Source of the DNA: Gemmatimonadales bacterium
Lineage (GTDB): Bacteria; Gemmatimonadota; Gemmatimonadetes; Gemmatimonadales; GWC2-71-9
Assembly: GCA_035706765.1 (NCBI GenBank)
Contig: DASSUS010000093.1
Location: forward strand, 1 to 53,441
Reading direction: 5' to 3'
DNA: 53,441 bases
Below the pieces are notes generated by a model. That model was not told the DNA's origin. It ran no database searches and was given only the letters and a program-made list of their open reading frames with translations. Below, in pieces: positions 19,601 to 26,867 of this stretch (position 1 is its first letter; each line of letters starts with the position of its first letter). Position numbers and translations under genes: made by a program.

Positions 19601-19686
19601 AATCCGGCGGCGAGAAGCAGTGCGAGCGCGGTAGCCTGCCAGAGAAAATGAAGCAGAGCCCAGCCCAGCGCGTGCGTGGCGTTCAT
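16681..19686 (-). CDS. BlaR1/MecR1-type M56 membrane metalloprotease fused to a 14-unit HEAT-like repeat array
   Basis: The N-terminal TM region is MNATHALGWALLHFLWQATALALLL. HELAHVRRYDY is the HExxH motif of M56. The C-terminal ~440 aa consist of repeated xDVRREAVETLGE units. The start overlaps the blaI-like stop by 4 nt. Confidence 0.9.
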   Translation of the reverse strand: MNATHALGWALLHFLWQATALALLLAAGFALTRRASAQTRYALSLVTLVAMLILPLATGIGLYDRVAPVRAGQMEASLGSPSAASTSISPAASISSSPAPSPVATFSSHAPSLRDVVTPLVPWLVLAWVAGVVLLSLRFAHGWLNARRLRTTGTRSTAETLQRVLQRLAARMRVSRPVQLLESMLVEVPAVIGWLRPVILVPASALSGLTPQQLEVLLAHELAHVRRYDYIVNMIQCVIETLLFYHPAVWWVSRRAREERENCCDDLVVQLCGDRRLYASALVEMERLRPAAPRLALAATGGSLLSRVRRLVAPEALRREPLPRWPAGLAGVVAVTIALLAAGGDRLSGQPAQQVVITDTTRAAPDTVLRHPDPSQALAQRWDWARGQARRLGKRAYWIGYQVPRPEWLEHSVFIDRGSEVLGENIRMSGRMFGDFQGLMFRGVRLAPLTGTTDSDDIAVLFGFSLDRSGNPVLTHVHVASIYLPMDFRGRTLVWLGRGSDAQSIPLVEGLLSGSPPADLREDIVSAIGIHGSSNLVVPILIRFMNGREPTDIRAQAAEWLGFHPVSAAVAALSRAARTDQAADVRREAAEALSENQLPAALDSTIAIATGAPDPDARREAIEGLGEKSEDRALSTLVSVARTDRDEDVQREAVESLGEVPGGRGMNALRDIARNHPRADVRREAVETLGENLPSAEAIAALKPIASSDPDSDVRREAIETLGEIAPTAETVQFLTSIAKDDGDEDAQREAIETLAEIGELGLPAVVDIARTHRSTDIRRAAVATAAEHLPPAQALELLAQIARRDPDADVQREAVETLGELQDGRAYTLLVEFARTHPVSDVRREAVETLGETGRTDSVIAILDVVAGGSDDEDVAREAIETLAELDDPRALARVARIARRSSGSVDVRRAAIEKYGEHAPADSAVALLKGILASEAPEDIYDEVLETLEELEGGAGIPVLIDAARSHPNREVRADALRRLAESDDPRAQQVFDQTLRRP

Positions 19687-20063
19687 CGGGAGTCTCCAGT
19701 CCTCTCGTCGAGGAGTCGTCGGATTTGCTCGAGCTCGTCGGGTGTGGCGCGAGTGGTCGAGAGTGCCTGGAGGACGAGCGCCAGCGACGACCCTCCGAAC
19801 GCCCGATCCACCAGATCAGACAGCAGCTGATTGCGCGTGGTTGCTTCCGACGCTCGGGCGGCGTACACGTGGGTACGCGAGCGCGTGTCGCGCTTTACCA
19901 ATTTCTTGTCGGTCATGATTTGCAGCAGCTTCAGGACGGTGGTGTATCCGACGGCGTCCTCACGGGTCGCGCGCAGCGCGTCGTGCACTTCGCGCACCGT
20001 GCTCGGGCCACGCTGCCACAGCACTCGCAGAATCGACAACTCGGCGTTGGTCGGACGCGTCAC
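19683..20063 (-). CDS. BlaI/MecI/CopY family transcriptional repressor
   Basis: Contains LSILRVLWQRGPSTVREVHDAL...GYTTVLKLLQIMTDKKLVKR (winged helix of the family). GTG start, with no Shine-Dalgarno visible. Confidence 0.9.
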   Translation of the reverse strand: MTRPTNAELSILRVLWQRGPSTVREVHDALRATREDAVGYTTVLKLLQIMTDKKLVKRDTRSRTHVYAARASEATTRNQLLSDLVDRAFGGSSLALVLQALSTTRATPDELEQIRRLLDERTGDSR

Positions 20064-20069
20064 CCCGGG

Positions 20070-20113
20070 AAAATACGAAGAGCTTCGTAGTTGTCAATAC
20101 GAAGTCCTTCGTA
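20070..20113 (-). promoter_or_regulatory. candidate promoter plus two tandem operator palindromes TACGAAG-N2-CTTCGTA upstream of the first blaI-like gene
   Basis: Perfect 16-bp palindromes lie at 20074-20089 and 20098-20113. Read on the minus strand, a TTGACA (20097-20092) lies between them. It is followed after 16 nt by TATTTT (20075-20070), then 6 nt, then the GTG start. Confidence 0.65.
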
Positions 20114-20123
20114 GGAGCACCGG

Positions 20124-20561
20124 TCAGGGGACGATGTCGACCGGTTTCAGGTCGCTGCCCAGCGGGATCCCGGCCCGGACGTAGCCGATCGCGTTGGGAT
20201 AGCGGCGAATGTACGCGAGGACGTCGCTATCGCTGGCGCGCTCCGGGGGCGCCACGGCGACGCCGGCGAAGGTCTGTTGCTGCCACCATGTCTGCACCGC
20301 GGCAATCGTGCGCTGATGAATCTGTTTAGTGAAGCTGCGGCGCACCGGGGAGTCGGGACTCTGATCGACCGGCAGTACCGGCTGGCGGTCGTCCCACTGC
20401 GTGATCTTGCGCAGAAAGATCTTGGACACCTGATCGCGCGACAGTCGCGAGATCGCGTTGGAGCGATGCACGACGAGGCGGTACGGAACGTCTTGACCCC
20501 GCAGCGCGACGGGGACGATGTTCAGCGCGAGGCCGATGAGGACGAGGCCGGGGCGGAGCAT
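20124..20561 (-). CDS. small secreted PstS/PBP-like substrate-binding domain protein
   Basis: Signal MLRPGLVLIGLALNIVPVAL. LSRDQVSKIFLRKITQWDD...YPNAIGYV resembles the phosphate-binding-protein-like fold (PBP_like_2-type). Confidence 0.6.
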   Translation of the reverse strand: MLRPGLVLIGLALNIVPVALRGQDVPYRLVVHRSNAISRLSRDQVSKIFLRKITQWDDRQPVLPVDQSPDSPVRRSFTKQIHQRTIAAVQTWWQQQTFAGVAVAPPERASDSDVLAYIRRYPNAIGYVRAGIPLGSDLKPVDIVP

Positions 20562-20718
20562 GGGGCGCCCAATATAAAACCGACCCGCTCGGGCAAGGGC
20601 GCTCGTGCACCTGGGAAAACTACGGGGCTGACGCCGACAGTGTCGCTGCCCGTTGCACGTCGGGCCGCGCGATCACCGCGCCATGTCCTTCGCCGCGGCG
20701 TCAAGAAGGAGAGCAGGG

Positions 20719-21279
20719 ATGAACGCCGAAACGCAGGCGATGCTCGATCAGCTCGAAGCGATCAAACAGGAGGGTGCGAGCATCGCGGCCGGCTTGAGCG
20801 ATGCGCAGTTCAACTGGCGCCCCGGACCCGAGCGCTGGTCGATCGGGCAAAACCTGAATCACTTGAACGTCGGCGATCTGCAGGTGCTGCCCGCGTTCGA
20901 TCGTGCCATCGCCGAAGGTCGTGCGAAGGGCAAGACCGCTTCCGGGCCGTTCCGCTACGGCTGGTTTTCGCGATTCATGATTCGTGAGATGGAGCCGCCG
21001 CCCCGGCGCCGGATCAAAACCCCTCTGAAGGGCTCTGCCGGCGCGGACCACCGACCCGACGCCGTGCTGGTGGAGTTCGCGCGCGTCCGCGACGAGCTGG
21101 CTCGGCGCGTGCGCGATTCGGACGGGCTCGATCTGGCCGGGATTCGCACGATCTCCCCGGTGAACCGCCTGATTCGCCTGCCTTTAGGCGCCTACTTCGC
21201 CTTCATCCTGGCGCACGATCGCCGCCACCTCTGGCAGGCGCGTCAGGTTCGCGTCAGCCCCGACTTTCCCGCGCGCTGA
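20719..21279 (+). CDS. DinB-superfamily (DinB_2-like) protein
   Basis: The ATG at 20719 follows AGGAGAG. LSDAQFNWRPGPERWSIGQNLNHL and ILAHDRRHLWQARQV are typical four-helix DinB metal-site segments. Confidence 0.75.
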   Translation: MNAETQAMLDQLEAIKQEGASIAAGLSDAQFNWRPGPERWSIGQNLNHLNVGDLQVLPAFDRAIAEGRAKGKTASGPFRYGWFSRFMIREMEPPPRRRIKTPLKGSAGADHRPDAVLVEFARVRDELARRVRDSDGLDLAGIRTISPVNRLIRLPLGAYFAFILAHDRRHLWQARQVRVSPDFPAR

Positions 21280-21283
21280 GCGC

Positions 21284-21340
21284 TTGACAGCTTGGGTCCC
21301 AATGCTAGTTTCTTAGCACCTAATGCTAAATTTTTAGCAT
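21284..21340 (+). promoter_or_regulatory. candidate promoter plus two operator-like palindromes (TGCTA-N6-TAGCA; ATGCTAAAT/TTTTAGCAT) upstream of the second blaI-like gene
   Basis: TTGACA lies at 21284-21289, followed by a 16-nt spacer and TAGTTT at 21306-21311. Palindrome 1 is at 21303-21318 and palindrome 2 (18 nt, one central mismatch) at 21323-21340. GGGAG lies 6 nt before the ATG at 21363. Confidence 0.6.
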
Positions 21341-21362
21341 CCAACCGTGGCGGGAGCCTGAG

Positions 21363-21752
21363 ATGTCCAAAGAAACGAATACGCAGCTCAGCCGTCGGGA
21401 GCGGGAGATCATGGATGTGATCTACCGCGCCGGCCGCGCAACCGCGGCCGAAGTCCTCGATCAGCTGTCCGATCCGCCGAGCTATTCCGCCGTCCGCGCG
21501 CTGCTGCGCGTGCTCGAGGAGAAAGGTCATTTACGGCACGAGGAAGACGGTCCGCGCTATGTGTTCCTGCCCACGGTTCCGCGCGAGCGCGCGCGCCAGT
21601 CGGCGCTGCGGCAGTTGCTCAACACCTTTTTCGACGGTTCCACCGAACAGGCCGTGGCCGCGCTGCTCGATCTCTCGTCCACCCGGTTGTCGGATGACGA
21701 GCTCGAGCGTCTCAGCCGGATGATCGCCGACGCGCGGCAGGAGGGCCGCTGA
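21363..21752 (+). CDS. BlaI/MecI/CopY family transcriptional repressor (second copy)
   Basis: Contains LSRREREIMDVIYRAGRATAAEVLDQL...YSAVRALLRVLEEKGHLRHE. Confidence 0.9.
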   Translation: MSKETNTQLSRREREIMDVIYRAGRATAAEVLDQLSDPPSYSAVRALLRVLEEKGHLRHEEDGPRYVFLPTVPRERARQSALRQLLNTFFDGSTEQAVAALLDLSSTRLSDDELERLSRMIADARQEGR

Positions 21753-21753
21753 G

Positions 21754-24231
21754 ATGATCGCCATTCTCGCCGATGCATTCGTGAAAGCGACCATAGTACT
21801 GCTCCTCGCCGCGGGCGTCGCGCTGCTGCTGCGCCGTTCATCCGCGGCGATGCGGCATCACGTCTGGGCTTTGGCGTGCGCGGGCGTGCTGGTCCTGCCG
21901 CTCGCCACCGCGCTGCTGCCCAACTGGCGTGTGAATGTCTGGCCCAAAATCGACGTACCGGTCGCGTTCAACGTGAAGCAGATCGCTGGCGAGCCGCTGG
22001 ACCGTCAGCCGACCGCAATCCGGCGCGCCGACGTTCAACCCCTCGCGCCGGCTACGACACGCACCGAGACGCCGCGAACAACGGTCACGGCGATTCCGGA
22101 AGGCGTCGCGCGGTTCGAGATCACTCCCGATTGGACGAGCTTCATCGTGCCCGTGTGGCTCGGCGGCGTCGCCATCATGCTGGCGCTCGTCGGGATCGGC
22201 ATGGCGCGCGTCTGGTGGCTCAGTCGAGTCACGCAACCGGCGCGGGATGACGCGTGGCCGATGCTCGTCGAAGAGCTGTCGCGGGAGCTGGGCCTGACGC
22301 GCTACGTGCGCGTGCTGCAGGCCCAGGCGCCCGCGATGCCGATGACGTGGGGCATCCGCCGCCCGGCGATTCTGCTCCCCGCCGAGGCCGACGAGTGGCC
22401 GGCCGAGCGGCGGCGCGACGTCCTGTTGCACGAGCTGGCGCATGTGAAGCGGCACGACTTCCTGATTCAGCTCCTCGCGCGCTTGGCGTGCGCGGTCTAC
22501 TGGTTCCATCCGCTCGTCTGGCTCGCCGCCACGCGGCTCCGCGAAGAGCGCGAGCGCGCCTGCGACGATCAGGTGCTGCGGGCGGGAGCGACGCCTTCCT
22601 CCTATGCCACGCACCTGCTCGAGATCGCGCGCGGCCTGCGGGCCGCGCCCGCGACGTCCCTCGCCAGCGTGGCGATGGCGCGTCCCGCGCAGCTGGCCAC
22701 GCGCTTGATCGATGTCCTCGATGCGCGTCGCTGCCGCGACACGCTGACGCCGCGCTCGGTGGTGCCCGCCTGGATCGCCGCGATCGCGGTCGTGGTTCCC
22801 CTCGCGACGATCGCGCCGAGCGTCGCCGAGCCGTCCGAAGCTGCATCGATCGACACCACCCCTCTTCTGCCGGGGCCGCGCTCCAGGCCCATGAGCCCGC
22901 GGCTCAGCGCCGCGATCCGGACGCCCGCCTCGAAGCCGGCGGCGCGCGACACGCTCAAGGGCTGCGCCACCAATACGAAGCACAACAGCTCGAGCACGAG
23001 CCAGGAAAACGACGATCTCATGATCTTCGTGAACCTCGGCGGCTGCAGTATCCGGCTCGCCGCGTCGGGCAAGTTCACGTTTACCGGCGACTTCAGCGAC
23101 ATCGCCACGGTGGCGCGCGGGGGATACGTCACGCTGACCGTCGACTACGGCGAGCACGACCGCCGCGTCACGATTCGGCCCAACGGCGAGCGTCTGTTCA
23201 AAGTCGACGGGAGCGAGCGTCCGTACGATGCCGAGGCCAAAGCGTGGCTCAGCGAAACGCTCACCTACCTGCTGCGGCGTACCGGGTACATGGCGGAGGA
23301 GCGCGCGCGCTGGATTCTCGACACGAAGGGGATTCAGGGGCTCGTGGACGAATTCGGCCAGCTGCAGGGCGACTACACGCGCCGGATCTACTATCAGGCC
23401 GCGATCGAAAGCGGAAAGCTCGACGTCGCGGGTTACGAGCGGCTGATCGGGCTCGCGGCGCAGACGATCGCCAGCGATTACGAGCTGGCGGAGCTGCTGA
23501 TCGCGGTTTCCAAGGCGCAGCCGCTGACCGAGCGGATGCAGGCCGGCTTTGCCGCGGCCGCAAGATCGATCGGCTCCGACTACGAGCGCCATCGCGTGCT
23601 CAGCGCGGCGCTGTCGCGGCCCGGGCTCACGCCGGCGGTGCAGGCGGCGATGCTCGACGCGGCCGCCGAAATCGGATCCGATTATGAGCTGGCGACGCTG
23701 TTGATCGAGCTGAACGAAGCGCGCCCCATCGACGAGCAGGTGCGGCCCGCGTACTTCAAGGCGGCGAGCTCGGTCGGGTCGGATTACGAGCACCGGCGCG
23801 TGCTCAGTGCCGTGGTGGAGCGCGAAGGGACGAGCCGGGCGATTCTCGCCGACGTCCTGACCTCCGCCAGGAACATCGACTCCGACTACGAGCTCGCCGA
23901 GCTGCTGATCGAGGTCGGCGGCAGTTACGCCCTCGATGCGGCGCTGCGGCCGCCGTTCTTCGCGGCTGCCGCGTCGCTCAACTCCGACTACGAGCATGCG
24001 CGGGCGCTCGGCAGCCTGCTGCGGGGCCAGGTGCCGCGCGAAATCGCGCTCGCGATCCTCGAGTCGGCCAAAGGGATTTCATCCGATCACGAGATGTCGG
24101 AGCTGCTGATCGCCGTCATGCAGCACGTCGCGTTGGATGACGACATCCGCGCGGCGATCCGCGCCGATGCGCAGCTGATCGGCTCGCAGTACGACCGCGG
24201 CCGGGTGTTCGAGGCGTTGTCGCAAGAGTGA
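21754..24231 (+). CDS. BlaR1/MecR1-type M56 membrane metalloprotease with a C-terminal array of nine 34-residue SDYE repeats
   Basis: HELAHVKRHD at residues 226-235. There are TM segments at the N-terminus and at ~335-355. The C-terminal repeats are spaced 34 aa apart (see findings). Confidence 0.9.
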   Translation: MIAILADAFVKATIVLLLAAGVALLLRRSSAAMRHHVWALACAGVLVLPLATALLPNWRVNVWPKIDVPVAFNVKQIAGEPLDRQPTAIRRADVQPLAPATTRTETPRTTVTAIPEGVARFEITPDWTSFIVPVWLGGVAIMLALVGIGMARVWWLSRVTQPARDDAWPMLVEELSRELGLTRYVRVLQAQAPAMPMTWGIRRPAILLPAEADEWPAERRRDVLLHELAHVKRHDFLIQLLARLACAVYWFHPLVWLAATRLREERERACDDQVLRAGATPSSYATHLLEIARGLRAAPATSLASVAMARPAQLATRLIDVLDARRCRDTLTPRSVVPAWIAAIAVVVPLATIAPSVAEPSEAASIDTTPLLPGPRSRPMSPRLSAAIRTPASKPAARDTLKGCATNTKHNSSSTSQENDDLMIFVNLGGCSIRLAASGKFTFTGDFSDIATVARGGYVTLTVDYGEHDRRVTIRPNGERLFKVDGSERPYDAEAKAWLSETLTYLLRRTGYMAEERARWILDTKGIQGLVDEFGQLQGDYTRRIYYQAAIESGKLDVAGYERLIGLAAQTIASDYELAELLIAVSKAQPLTERMQAGFAAAARSIGSDYERHRVLSAALSRPGLTPAVQAAMLDAAAEIGSDYELATLLIELNEARPIDEQVRPAYFKAASSVGSDYEHRRVLSAVVEREGTSRAILADVLTSARNIDSDYELAELLIEVGGSYALDAALRPPFFAAAASLNSDYEHARALGSLLRGQVPREIALAILESAKGISSDHEMSELLIAVMQHVALDDDIRAAIRADAQLIGSQYDRGRVFEALSQE

Positions 24232-26867
24232 GCCCGGGACTGTTGGCGTTCACCACGGCGCTCGCGGCGCTCGCGCAGGACGGCGCCGCGCAGTCGCGCG
24301 ATCCGGTCGCGCCGGCCCCGGCCAAGCAATTGCGCGCGGTGCGGCTGCAGGGAACGGGAGGCTCGATTCAGCTCGACGGGCGGCTCGACGACGCCGTCTG
24401 GTCGGGCGCGGTCTGGATCAAGGACTTCATCCAGAAGATCCCGAACGAGGGCGCGCCGCCCAGCGACACGATGCAGCTCGCCATCTTCTACGATGACGAC
24501 GCGCTCTACGTCGGCGCGCGCATGTACAGCCGGGATCCTTCCAGGATTCAGGCGCCGCTCTCGCGGCGCGATAACACCTCCCAGGCCGATCATCTGTGGG
24601 TGTCGTTCGACAGCTACCACGACCGGCGCACCGCATACTCGTTCGGCGTCACCGCGTCGGGCGTGCGGATGGACTGGTATCACGCCACCGACAGCGAGTT
24701 CGATCTCCACATGGGCTTCGACCCCGTGTGGGACGCGAAGGCCAACATCGACGCGCTCGGGTGGACCGCCGAGATGCGCATTCCCTTTTCGCAGCTTCGC
24801 TTCAACGACACCCCGGTGCAGGTCTGGGGCTTCAACGCCGATCACTGGAATCCCGCCACGAGCGAGGACGTGTTCTGGATTCCGGTCCCCAAAGACCGGA
24901 ACGGCTGGTCGTCGTTCATGGGCGAGCTGGTCGGCATCGAGGGAATCAAGCCGTCGCGGCGCCTCGAGGTGATGCCGTACGGGGCAGTCGATTCGCGCGT
25001 CCTGGGTGAAGTCGACGCCGCCGACCCCTTCAACGACAAGGCCAATTTCTCCGGCCGCGTCGGCGCCGACCTGAAGATGGGGCTCGGGCCGAATATCACG
25101 CTCGACGCCACGGTAAACCCCGACTTCGGGCAGGTGGAAGCCGATCCGGCAATCGTCAATCTGTCCGGGTTCGAGTTTTTCTTCGACGAGCGCCGTCCCT
25201 TCTTCACCGAAGGCAGCCGGCTGCTGCAGGGCAGCGGCCCGAGCTACTACTACTCCCGCCGGATCGGCGCGCGTCCGGGCTGCAATGCGAGCGGCGACTA
25301 CGTCGACTGCCCGCCAAGCGCGACGATTCTGGGCGCGGCAAAGGTGACGGGCCGGCTCGCGGGTGGAATGTCGCTGGGCGCGCTCGCCGCGGTGACGTCG
25401 CGGGAGTCGGCGCGGACCTACGATGCGGCGAGCGGCACGTTCGGGCGCACCGAGCTCGTACCGCCTGCCGGGTACGGCGTGATGCGCGTACAGCAGGAGT
25501 TCGGCGCGTCCAAATCGGTGATCGGCGTGACGCTGACGACGGTGCAGCGCGATCTCGACAGTCTCATGGGCCTTCGCTACACCCGGCGCGCGTACAGCGG
25601 CGGCGCCGACTGGGTCCTGCGCTGGGATCGCGGTGCATACGAGCTCCGCGGCTACGCGGGACTGACACACCTGCGCGGCGACTCGAGCGCGATCGATCGC
25701 GTGCAACGCTCGCCCGTCCACTACTTCCAGCGTCCCGACGCGGACTACATCACCTACGACCCGTCACGCACCTCGTTCACCGGCTCGGTCGGGTCGATGT
25801 GGTTCAGAAAGACCAAGGGCAGCTGGCTCTACGATCTGCAGTACTCCTGGGAATCGCCGGCGTACGATCCCAATGATGCCGGGCGGCTCGGCAACGCGGA
25901 CGGCTATAACTTCTTCGGCGGCCTGATCTACCGCCACACGAAGCCCGGGCGCTGGTTCCAGAGCTACAACGCCAACACCAGCACCTTCACCGAATACGAT
26001 TTCGGCGGCACACGCCAGGTATGGGTCACCGAGGTCTACGGGCAAGTCATCTTCAAGAACTTCTGGGACTTGAGCTCCTACGTGGATTTTCAGCCGCGCT
26101 CGTTCGACCACTCGGCCACGCGCGGCGGGCCGCAGATCGCGACGGCGCAGACCTGGAACTGGGTGGTGCGGCTCGCGAGCGCGTTCGGCGCCAAGACCGG
26201 ATGGGTCGCCCGCGTCTACTACGGCGGCGACGAGCTCGGCAGCGAGACCTATCGGATCAGCGGTGAGCTGTCGATCCGGCCCTCGTCCCGGTTCCAGTTC
26301 AGCGCCACGCCCAACTACCTGCGCGACATCCAGGCGCGGCAGTACGTCATGACGGTCGACACCGGCGGCGCCCCCGCGACCTACGACAAACGTTATGTGT
26401 TCGGCGCGATCGATCAGAGCACGTTCTTGGTCGACCTGCGCGCGAATTACACCATCGGCCCCGACTTGACGGTCGAGCTCTGGGGCGAGCCGTTCGCCGC
26501 GAACGGGCGCTATTACGGCCTGGGCGAGCTCGCCGCCCCGCGTACGTTCAATCTCCGCGGCTACGGTACGAGTGGGACGACGATTGCCCGCGACCCGAGC
26601 AGCGGCGACTACACCGTCACCGACGGGCCGAGCCACACGGTGACGATTCCCAATCCCGACTTCAATTTCGTGTCGTTCCGCAGCAACGCGGTGCTGCGCT
26701 GGGAGTGGCGGCCCGGCAGCACGCTCTACGTGGTGTGGGCCCAGGACCGCGGCAACTCGCAGGCGAGAATCCGCGGCGTCGGGTTCCGCGACCTCGTGAA
26801 CTCGTTCGGCGCGGCGGGCGACAACTTCTTCGCGGTGAAGGTCAGCTACTGGATTCCGGTGAACTAG
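24228..26867 (+). CDS. DUF5916 / CBM9-like domain protein (predicted outer-membrane or secreted)
   Basis: The GTG at 24228 overlaps the blaR1-like stop. The N-terminal part IQLDGRLDDAVWSGAVWIKDFIQKIPNEGAPPSDTMQLAIFYDDDALYVGARM matches my recollection of the CBM9-like head of DUF5916 proteins. A long beta-rich C-terminal region follows. Confidence 0.7.
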   Translation: MSPGLLAFTTALAALAQDGAAQSRDPVAPAPAKQLRAVRLQGTGGSIQLDGRLDDAVWSGAVWIKDFIQKIPNEGAPPSDTMQLAIFYDDDALYVGARMYSRDPSRIQAPLSRRDNTSQADHLWVSFDSYHDRRTAYSFGVTASGVRMDWYHATDSEFDLHMGFDPVWDAKANIDALGWTAEMRIPFSQLRFNDTPVQVWGFNADHWNPATSEDVFWIPVPKDRNGWSSFMGELVGIEGIKPSRRLEVMPYGAVDSRVLGEVDAADPFNDKANFSGRVGADLKMGLGPNITLDATVNPDFGQVEADPAIVNLSGFEFFFDERRPFFTEGSRLLQGSGPSYYYSRRIGARPGCNASGDYVDCPPSATILGAAKVTGRLAGGMSLGALAAVTSRESARTYDAASGTFGRTELVPPAGYGVMRVQQEFGASKSVIGVTLTTVQRDLDSLMGLRYTRRAYSGGADWVLRWDRGAYELRGYAGLTHLRGDSSAIDRVQRSPVHYFQRPDADYITYDPSRTSFTGSVGSMWFRKTKGSWLYDLQYSWESPAYDPNDAGRLGNADGYNFFGGLIYRHTKPGRWFQSYNANTSTFTEYDFGGTRQVWVTEVYGQVIFKNFWDLSSYVDFQPRSFDHSATRGGPQIATAQTWNWVVRLASAFGAKTGWVARVYYGGDELGSETYRISGELSIRPSSRFQFSATPNYLRDIQARQYVMTVDTGGAPATYDKRYVFGAIDQSTFLVDLRANYTIGPDLTVELWGEPFAANGRYYGLGELAAPRTFNLRGYGTSGTTIARDPSSGDYTVTDGPSHTVTIPNPDFNFVSFRSNAVLRWEWRPGSTLYVVWAQDRGNSQARIRGVGFRDLVNSFGAAGDNFFAVKVSYWIPVN

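Noticed and set aside
21838-23997. 719-aa minus-strand ORF antisense to the second BlaR1 gene
   Set aside because: It is a low-complexity antisense translation like the 16927..19281 ORF. The plus-strand gene carries HELAHVKRHD and the 34-residue repeat array.
24087-25721. 544-aa minus-strand ORF antisense to the DUF5916 gene. The same applies to 45078..46406, 46746..48032, 48437..49750, 48507..49820, 7084..8667, 9424..10803, 15374..16630 and 2438..3736.
   Set aside because: All are Arg/Ala/Pro/Gly-rich shadow ORFs. Each overlaps a gene with unambiguous family motifs: amidohydrolase, DEAD-box, citrate synthase, decarboxylase/Rieske, FAD oxidoreductase, S9 peptidase or FtsX permease.
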